In this document: positions 24,929 through 30,242 of the stretch, piece by piece
Position numbering within the stretch: the stretch's first letter is position 1
How the letters are laid out: every line of letters starts with the position of its first letter
Assembly: GCA_000214015.2 (NCBI GenBank)
Contig: CAID01000010.2
Location: 433,626-463,867, forward strand
Reading direction: 5' to 3'
Length of the DNA: 30,242 nucleotides
Origin: Ostreococcus tauri
Lineage: Eukaryota
The notes under the pieces: generated by a model
Told to the model about the DNA's origin: nothing
Database searches by the model: none
Seen by the model: the letters and a program-made list of their open reading frames with translations, nothing else
Translations under genes and position numbers: made by a program

Positions 24929-26275
24929 TTATCGCGCCTCGGCAGCGACGATCTCTTCGTCATCGCCGAAGAAGGCGTCATCGGGAATCTCTTCCTCTTC
25001 CTCGGCGACGGGCTTGTTCGAGAGACCGGCCATCTTCTCAGCCACCTTTCGGCGAACATCCGCTTCGATGGTGCCCTTCACCGGGAGGTTTTCGTCCAAG
25101 AACGCGAGCGTCTTCTCGCGGCCTTGGCCGAGCTTTTCACCGTTGTAGTAGTAATAAGCACCCTTGCGGTCGACGACACCGACTTGCTCGCCGGCGTCCA
25201 GGAGGCAGCCGTCCTTGGAGATTCCGCGGCCGAAAAGCATGTCAAACTCAGCCACCTTGTACGGCGGTGCCACCTTGTTCTTCGCCACCTTGACCTTGCA
25301 TCTCACGCCGAGGTCGTCCTCGCCGCTCTTACCCTTGATGACCTCCTTGCGTCGAATGTCGAGACGAACGCTCGCGTAGTACTTGAGCGCATTGCCGCCC
25401 GTCGTCACCTCCGGGCTTCCGTAAATCACCCCAACCTTTGAGCGGAGCTGGTTCAAGAAGATGATCGTCGTTCCAGCCTTGGCGGCGTTGACGTTAATCT
25501 TTCTCAGCGCCTGAGACATCAATCGTGCGTGCGCACCGACCTGGACCATGCCGATCTCGCCTTCGATTTCGCTTCGCGGCACGAGCGCGGCGACAGAGTC
25601 CACGACGATCAAATCAACAGCCGACGATCGCACGAGCGTGTCCACGACCTCGAGCGCCATCTCGCCCGTTTCTGGCTGACACACGATGACATCATCCAGG
25701 TTCAACCCCAGTCTCGCCGAGTACTCCGGATCGAACGCGTGCTCCGCGTCGATGATTGCCACCGTACCGCCGATCGCCTGCATCTCCGCCATCGCGTGCA
25801 GCGCCAGCGTGGTCTTCCCCGAGCTCTCTGGTCCATACACCTCAACGATACGTCCTCTCGGGAGTCCACCACCGAGCGCCATGTCCAGCGTCAGCGCCCC
25901 GGACGGAAACGTCGCCACTTTCGCCTTGCCAGCCTCGCCCAGGCGCATGATCGCGCCCGCGCCGAAATTACTATCAATCTCATCCAGCACGCGTTGCAGC
26001 GCCTTCTTCTTCGCGTCTGGCGAGCCAGATTTCGCGTCATCCGCGTTGCTCGCCTTGCTCGCTCGCGCCTTGGCCATGACGACCCCACCGCGCGTCGTCG
26101 TGAGCGTTCGCGCGACCATTCGCCGCGAGCTGTCGCGCGATTGCGCGCGCGTCGTCGTCCGTCGTCCGTCGACGCACGCGATGGACGCGCACGCGGCGAC
26201 GCGCATGTCGAGATCGAGCGTTTGCGCGCGACGTACACCGGTTCCGAACGCTTTACGGAGCGTCCTCGCGAGCAT
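24929..26275 (-). CDS. recA: bacterial-type RecA recombinase with about 90-aa organellar presequence
   Basis: ATG verified at 26275. [21 protein letters not shown], Walker [80 protein letters not shown]. The N-terminus [18 protein letters not shown]... is targeting-peptide-like. Confidence 0.95.
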   Translation of the reverse strand: MLARTLRKAFGTGVRRAQTLDLDMRVAACASIACVDGRRTTTRAQSRDSSRRMVARTLTTTRGGVVMAKARASKASNADDAKSGSPDAKKKALQRVLDEIDSNFGAGAIMRLGEAGKAKVATFPSGALTLDMALGGGLPRGRIVEVYGPESSGKTTLALHAMAEMQAIGGTVAIIDAEHAFDPEYSARLGLNLDDVIVCQPETGEMALEVVDTLVRSSAVDLIVVDSVAALVPRSEIEGEIGMVQVGAHARLMSQALRKINVNAAKAGTTIIFLNQLRSKVGVIYGSPEVTTGGNALKYYASVRLDIRRKEVIKGKSGEDDLGVRCKVKVAKNKVAPPYKVAEFDMLFGRGISKDGCLLDAGEQVGVVDRKGAYYYYNGEKLGQGREKTLAFLDENLPVKGTIEADVRRKVAEKMAGLSNKPVAEEEEEIPDDAFFGDDEEIVAAEAR

Positions 26276-26360
26276 GCGAGGGCGTGTGACGATCTGAGAG
26301 ATTTAAAAACGTGAAAAACGCGGGAAATCCAGTGGATGGCTGGACGCGACGGACGCGACG

Positions 26361-26384
26361 GCTCGCTCGCTCGCTCGCTCGCTC
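26361..26384. repeat. (GCTC)6 microsatellite in the GcvT-RecA spacer
   Basis: Six perfect GCTC units, followed by GCTG. Confidence 0.9.
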
Positions 26385-26388
26385 GCTG

Positions 26389-26393
26389 TTACA
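26389..26393 (-). terminator. TGTAA putative poly(A) signal (GcvT)
   Basis: Plus-strand TTACA, 29 nt downstream of the minus-strand stop at 26423-26425. Confidence 0.4.
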
Positions 26394-26422
26394 AGAATAT
26401 CGTGACGCCAAATCGCGGCAAT

Positions 26423-27688
26423 TTACTCGGGCTTGTAGTAGGTGGTGTTCACGAAGGGCATCTTTGACGTCACGGCGGCCGTGCGCTTGCCTCGCGTCTC
26501 GACCTGGACCTCGGTGCCCGCCTTGGCGAACGCCTTGGCGACGTAACCCATGGCGATGTTCTTTTGGAGCACCGGGGAGAAGCCACCAGAGGTGACCTCA
26601 CCGATGGTGTTACCGTCCATGTCGAGAATGATGGAGTGCTGGCGAGCGGGGGCGCCCTTACCGGTGAAGGTGAGGCCGACGCGTCGCTGCGGGATCGACG
26701 CCGGGTTCTCGAGCTGCTTCTTGATGATCTCGCCGCCGACGAAGTCACACTTCTCCCGACGCGCCTTGCCGATGGTCCACGTCAAACCAGCCTCCGGCGG
26801 GGTGATATCTTCGTTCAAGTCGTTACCGTAGAGGCAGAGACCGGCCTCGAGGCGGAGAGAATCTCTCGGACCGAGCGCGGCGAAGCGAACTTCGGGTTGG
26901 CCCTCGAGCGCCTCGGCGAGCTTCACCGCGTCCTCGTTCGGGACGGAGATCTCGAAGCCGTCCTCGCCCGTGTAACCGGTACGAGTCACCCAAACCTTAC
27001 CACCGTTCACGGTCATCTCCGTGAACATACCGAAGTAGAGCTTGGAGAGATCGAAATCGGTGAAGCGCTGGAGCACCTCCATCGTCTTCGGGCCTTGAAA
27101 CGCCAAGAGCGAACGGTTCGAGTGCACGATGAAATCAACATCCATACCGTTCGCCTTGGCCTTGGCCAAGTGGGCGTTGATGTGCTTCTGATCCTTTTCC
27201 GCGCATCCGGCGTTGAGCACGACGTAGTAATCGTGATCGTTGATCTTCGTGATCACCGTATCGTCGATGATCCCGCCCTTTTCATTCGTCATCACGCTCA
27301 GCGTCCCCGTGCCGTTCTTCAACCCCTTCAGGTCCGCGACGACGAGAGATTCCAAGAACGCCGTCGCATCCTTCCCCCTGATGCTCGACCCAAGCATGTG
27401 CGACACATCAAACAACGACGCGTTCGTCCGGCAGTGCTGCGTCGCCTCCATGATCGAGTCTCCGTATTGAATCGGCAGCGCGTACCCGGCGAAGTCAACC
27501 AACTTTCCACCGCGCGCGACGTGCACGTCGTACAACGGCGTGCGCTTCAGCGCGCTCACGTCCGCGTACGCGCGCGCGTACGCCGGCGTCACGTCCGGCA
27601 CCAGCGCTCGCACCGCGCGCGCGCTCGACGGACGCGCGACCGCGCATCGCGCGTGGCGACGCGCGGCATCGACCACGAAGCGACGCAT
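26423..27688 (-). CDS. GCVT: aminomethyltransferase, glycine cleavage system T protein (mitochondrial)
   Basis: ATG verified at 27688. TPLYDVHVARGGKLVDFAGYALPIQY, CRTNASLFDVSHM, YVVLNAGC, RTGYTGEDGFEIS, LGPRDSLRLEAGLCLYGND, and a C-terminal FVNTTYYKPE typical of eukaryotic T-protein. Confidence 0.93.
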   Translation of the reverse strand: MRRFVVDAARRHARCAVARPSSARAVRALVPDVTPAYARAYADVSALKRTPLYDVHVARGGKLVDFAGYALPIQYGDSIMEATQHCRTNASLFDVSHMLGSSIRGKDATAFLESLVVADLKGLKNGTGTLSVMTNEKGGIIDDTVITKINDHDYYVVLNAGCAEKDQKHINAHLAKAKANGMDVDFIVHSNRSLLAFQGPKTMEVLQRFTDFDLSKLYFGMFTEMTVNGGKVWVTRTGYTGEDGFEISVPNEDAVKLAEALEGQPEVRFAALGPRDSLRLEAGLCLYGNDLNEDITPPEAGLTWTIGKARREKCDFVGGEIIKKQLENPASIPQRRVGLTFTGKGAPARQHSIILDMDGNTIGEVTSGGFSPVLQKNIAMGYVAKAFAKAGTEVQVETRGKRTAAVTSKMPFVNTTYYKPE

Positions 27689-27953
27689 CGCGCGTCTCGG
27701 ACGTCTCGGACGTCGACGACGCGACGATTCGAGCGCTCGACGACGGGGGCGCGCGCGTGGGAACGGTCGCGTCGTCGACGGTGCGGTCGGCGGGGACGAC
27801 GGGCGCGGAGTGGGGGTGGAAAGTGAGCGGGCGTGACGTCGATGGATTATCCAAAACGACCAGAGGGGGCCTCTCGGGACGACGGCGCGGGCGGACGCGC
27901 GGAGACGGTGGAGGGAAGGGTGGGACGGTGGATCGGTGCGGTGACGCGTGAGA

Positions 27954-27958
27954 TTACA
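27954..27958 (-). terminator. TGTAA overlapping the WEE1 stop codon
   Basis: The minus strand reads ...TTG TAA; TGTAA includes the TAA stop. Confidence 0.3.
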
Positions 27959-29462
27959 ACGTGCAGTGTTTGGATAATACGTCCGCGGCGGACGGACGAT
28001 CGAGGGGGATGGGCGACATCATGGCGACGCACAGGGCGTGGAGCGACGCCGCGACGGCGCCTGTCGGCACGACGCCTTGGCGAAGCGCTTGATAATCCGA
28101 TCCGTGCGAGGGCAGAGAGGTGCCGATGGCGAGCTCGTAGAGAGATGCACCGAGAGAAAAGACGTCAGAGCGGTCCAAGTTGTCGAAATTATCGTTCAAG
28201 AGCTCGGGTGGGAGGTATCTGGCGTCGCCCTCGTCCACGGCGCTCGAGCGGCGCGCGCCGCTGAGCTGCGTCGCGCGTCCCCAGTCTCCGAGCTTGAATC
28301 CCTCTTTGCAGATGAAAATGTTGTCTGGTTTGACGTCCATGTGCGCCAGACCGCGATCGTGCGCGAACGCGAGCGCGGTGGAAATGTCTCTCAAACATCT
28401 CGCGAGCTGCGCGTCGTTCATGCGTTCGCCGTCCCGAGAGTCCACCATTCTCGACGCGCACCCTTCTTCGCAGAGTTCCATGTGAATGTACAGGTGGTCG
28501 TTCTCCCACCACGCGCTGTGATATCGTACAATTTGTGGGCACGTTACCAGGCTCGCCATGACGTGCACCTCGCGCAAAGCCTCCGATCGATCGCGCTCGT
28601 TCTTCAACTGCTCCGACGTGCGCTTCAACGCATATTGGCACCCGTCCAGGCGTCCGATGACTTTGTGTACCTTTGAGAATCCCCCACGAGCGATGCAACC
28701 GAGATCGACGAAATCGACGCGAAATCGCGACATCGTCGCCAACTGCGCCGCGCTCGTGCAATTCGCCCGTCGTCCGTGCGCGGTGTGCTCAGCCGGTTGC
28801 TCGCGGTCCGGCAGAAACGCGTTTCGAGCGCACGGCGGCGACGTCGCGGCGCGCGGCAACCCCGACCTCGCCCCCCCCCCCCGACTCGGCTCACGATTTC
28901 TCGGCACCCTGAACCCATTCCCGAACTCTCCCTGCGACTGACTCGGCTGCGTATTCTCCAACGGCTGACTCGCGTACCCGAACTCTTGCGTCCCCTGCGA
29001 CAACCCGACGTCCAATCCAAATCTCGGTCGTTTATTCCTCGTCGGCGACAACGCGCACGGCGATCTCGCGCCTCGAAAGTGTCCGTGCGCCCCCCGGGCG
29101 TCCCCCCCCCCCATTCCATCGTATCCCGCGTACGCGTCGAACTGCGCGTCCGCCGGCGTGATGAAATCCGGTCCCCCGTGCGACCCGCCTTGCGTCATCG
29201 TCTCACCCTGCGAGTTCGTCCCATTCGCGGAGGACCATCCGTGCCCTTGACTCTCCGACGCGAACGCGCGCTCGATCCGTCGCGTCGTCGCGATGCGTCC
29301 ATCACGGTCGTCGTCGTCGTCGACGTCGTCGTCGTCATCCACGTCGGTCGGTCTCGCGTTCGACGCCCCGTCGACGTCGTCGCCGACGCGCAACCCGTCC
29401 AGGGCTCTGGAGAGCCCGCTCGAGGGGGTGCACAGGACACTGCGCGATTTCAGTCGCAGCAT
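27954..29462 (-). CDS. WEE1: WEE1-family protein kinase
   Basis: ATG verified at 29462. Kinase domain with WEE1 hallmarks: IARGGFSKVHK, YALKR, VRYHSAWWENDHLYIHMELC, LAHMDVKPDNIFI, LGDWGRAT and EGDARYLPPELL. The N-terminal 270 aa are a low-complexity regulatory region. Confidence 0.88.
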   Translation of the reverse strand: MLRLKSRSVLCTPSSGLSRALDGLRVGDDVDGASNARPTDVDDDDDVDDDDDRDGRIATTRRIERAFASESQGHGWSSANGTNSQGETMTQGGSHGGPDFITPADAQFDAYAGYDGMGGGDARGAHGHFRGARSPCALSPTRNKRPRFGLDVGLSQGTQEFGYASQPLENTQPSQSQGEFGNGFRVPRNREPSRGGGARSGLPRAATSPPCARNAFLPDREQPAEHTAHGRRANCTSAAQLATMSRFRVDFVDLGCIARGGFSKVHKVIGRLDGCQYALKRTSEQLKNERDRSEALREVHVMASLVTCPQIVRYHSAWWENDHLYIHMELCEEGCASRMVDSRDGERMNDAQLARCLRDISTALAFAHDRGLAHMDVKPDNIFICKEGFKLGDWGRATQLSGARRSSAVDEGDARYLPPELLNDNFDNLDRSDVFSLGASLYELAIGTSLPSHGSDYQALRQGVVPTGAVAASLHALCVAMMSPIPLDRPSAADVLSKHCTL

Positions 29463-29511
29463 CGCGCGCGCGTCGCGCGGCGCGGGGCGTCGACGAGGGC
29501 GCGCGCGTGGG

Positions 29512-29559
29512 ATTCAAAAATCGTTGAATTCAAAAATCGTTGGTTTCAAAAATCGACCG
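29512..29559. repeat. 3 x 16-bp tandem repeat (ATTCAAAAATCGTTGR) in the WEE1 / MAPR divergent promoter
   Basis: ATTCAAAAATCGTTGA (29512-27), ATTCAAAAATCGTTGG (29528-43), TTTCAAAAATCGACCG (29544-59). It begins 50 nt upstream of the WEE1 ATG. Confidence 0.9.
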
Positions 29560-29577
29560 AGGTAAATGTCGCGTGTG

Positions 29578-29716
29578 GTGTATACATGGGCGTGATCATG
29601 GTACAGTATGGCCACATGTCTGTGCTGTGCATACATGGGTGTGTCGGATGTACAGTATGAAGACAGACTCTGTGCGGTGTATACATGGGCTCGACAGAGA
29701 CACACTATAGTGTGAC
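29578..29716. repeat. about 2.8 x 49-50-bp tandem repeat, relatively AT-rich (GTGYATACATGGG...GTACAGTATG...CTGTGC)
   Basis: Units start at 29578, 29627 and 29677 (GTGTATACATGGGC / GTGCATACATGGGT / GTGTATACATGGGC). GTACAGTATG occurs at 29601 and 29650. Confidence 0.85.
29701..29714. promoter_or_regulatory. 14-nt perfect palindrome CACACTATAGTGTG with a TATA core, 66 nt upstream of the MAPR-gene ATG
   Basis: Self-complementary by inspection. The TATA-like core is in one of the few AT-rich spots of the window. A function as a TATA element is inference. Confidence 0.3.
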
Positions 29717-29720
29717 GGAC

Positions 29721-29756
29721 GCCATCGACGCCATCGACGCCATCGACGCCATCGAC
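29721..29756. repeat. 4 x 9-bp perfect tandem repeat (GCCATCGAC)
   Basis: Four identical units followed by the degenerate GCCGACGAC, ending 24 nt before ATG 29780. Confidence 0.9.
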
Positions 29757-29779
29757 GCCGACGACGCGACGACGCGACG

Positions 29780-29897
29780 ATGGCGCGCGCGCGCGAACGC
29801 GCGACCGCCGACGCGACGGGCGTGGGCGAACGCGCGCGGGCCGCGGCGACGCGCACCGCGCTCGCGATGGCGATGCTCGCGATGACGATGGGCGCGA

Positions 29898-29946
<49 letters not shown>

Positions 29947-30242
29947 GCGCGCGCGCTTGGTCCACCCGACGACGCTCTCGACGAAGACGGACGACGGCGA
30001 CGGCGGATGGCGACCGTGGGCGAGGCGACGGAGGATTTGGTTGAGCGTCCTCGGCGAGGCGTTCGACGTGAGCGCGGGACGGACGTATTACGCGGGCGAC
30101 GGGGCGTACGCGACGTGTTTCGCGGGACGCGACGCGACGCGGGCGTTTGGTACGGGGGATTTTAGCGAGAGTGGGTGCGTGGAGGACGTGCGCGGGATGA
30201 CGCTCGGCGAACTCGCGGGGGCGCGACACTGGCGCGACTTCA
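29780..30242 (+). CDS. cytochrome b5-like heme/steroid-binding (MAPR; neuferricin/neudesin-like) protein, 5' part, runs off the window
   Basis: Not in the ORF track because there is no stop before the window end; I translated it by hand with no stops. MARARERATADATG...LAMAMLAMTMGAM-(T)14-...RRIWLSVLGEAFDVSAGRTYYAGDGAYATCFAGRDATRAFGTGDFSE matches the MAPR core (LA..G.V.DV..G...YGP.G.Y..FAGRDASRA). Confidence 0.7.
29900..29941. repeat. (ACG)14 trinucleotide repeat encoding poly-Thr in the MAPR-like gene
   Basis: 14 consecutive ACG codons in frame with ATG 29780. Confidence 0.9.

Noticed and set aside
26564-27826. Long Arg-rich ORFs opposite or out of frame with real genes. Examples: 26564..27826, 21215..22264, 20868..21617, 28776..29660, 29705..30229, 7824..9017, 8054..9001, 1654..2745, 3093..4190, 9621..10454, 16740..17420, 17907..18548
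   Set aside because: The composition is dominated by R/A/G/P/H, with no recognisable motifs. Each overlaps a gene with strong family signatures in another frame or strand. This is expected because stop codons are rare at this GC content.
29512-29559. Calling the 16-bp repeats bona fide Myb/MSA (AACGG) or E2F sites
   Set aside because: The core is CAACGA, not YAACGG, and no TTTSSCGC is present. The resemblance is noted in the finding, but a named site cannot be supported.

Overview
Very GC-rich, intron-poor, extremely gene-dense eukaryotic nuclear DNA. The gene content mixes strictly eukaryotic genes (PEX11, PAT1, NEMF/Rqc2, WEE1, MAPR/cytochrome-b5-like) with plastid or organelle-type genes (Ycf33-like, PAO-family Rieske oxygenase, HU, RecA, RecD2-like). 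The style is Ala/Arg/Ser-rich N-terminal presequences, intergenic spacers of about 55-650 nt, and TGTAA shortly after many stop codons. Together these suggest a picoplanktonic green alga of the Mamiellophyceae (Ostreococcus/Micromonas-like). That assignment is inference only, because no search was possible.

I call about 21 protein-coding genes and one tRNA-Ala(CGC) with a Pol III T-run. I also call three putative short spliceosomal introns that share one branch/acceptor signature, several tandem-repeat arrays and about 10 TGTAA poly(A) signals. I saw no rRNA, CRISPR, transposase, integrase or reverse transcriptase.

Most long ORFs in the supplied track are Arg-rich antisense or off-frame shadows caused by stop-codon scarcity at this GC content. 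The 2140-aa ORF (13146..19568) and the 1057-aa ORF (12126..15299) are chimeras of real genes plus such shadows. Many track ORFs also open on GTG/TTG, so I re-anchored starts on ATG.

Hunt result: I cannot demonstrate a self-contained new system from sequence alone. The observations most worth a second look are:
- A coding-like, metallothionein-like Cys-rich ORF that ends 14 nt before the ATG of a Ubl-LRR gene (bicistronic candidate). Its ATG shares a CCATGG palindrome with the likely first exon of a divergent cyclophilin.
- A frame switch needed to give NEMF its conserved C-terminus, 77 nt upstream of the next gene.
- A head-to-head HU / RecD2-like helicase pair plus a nearby RecA, all bacterial-type proteins carrying eukaryotic presequences.
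- Two repeat-filled bidirectional promoters (Sfi1-like/MTN and WEE1/MAPR).
- An Sfi1-like centrin-binding repeat protein.

All family calls rest on motifs I recognise by eye, not on alignments.
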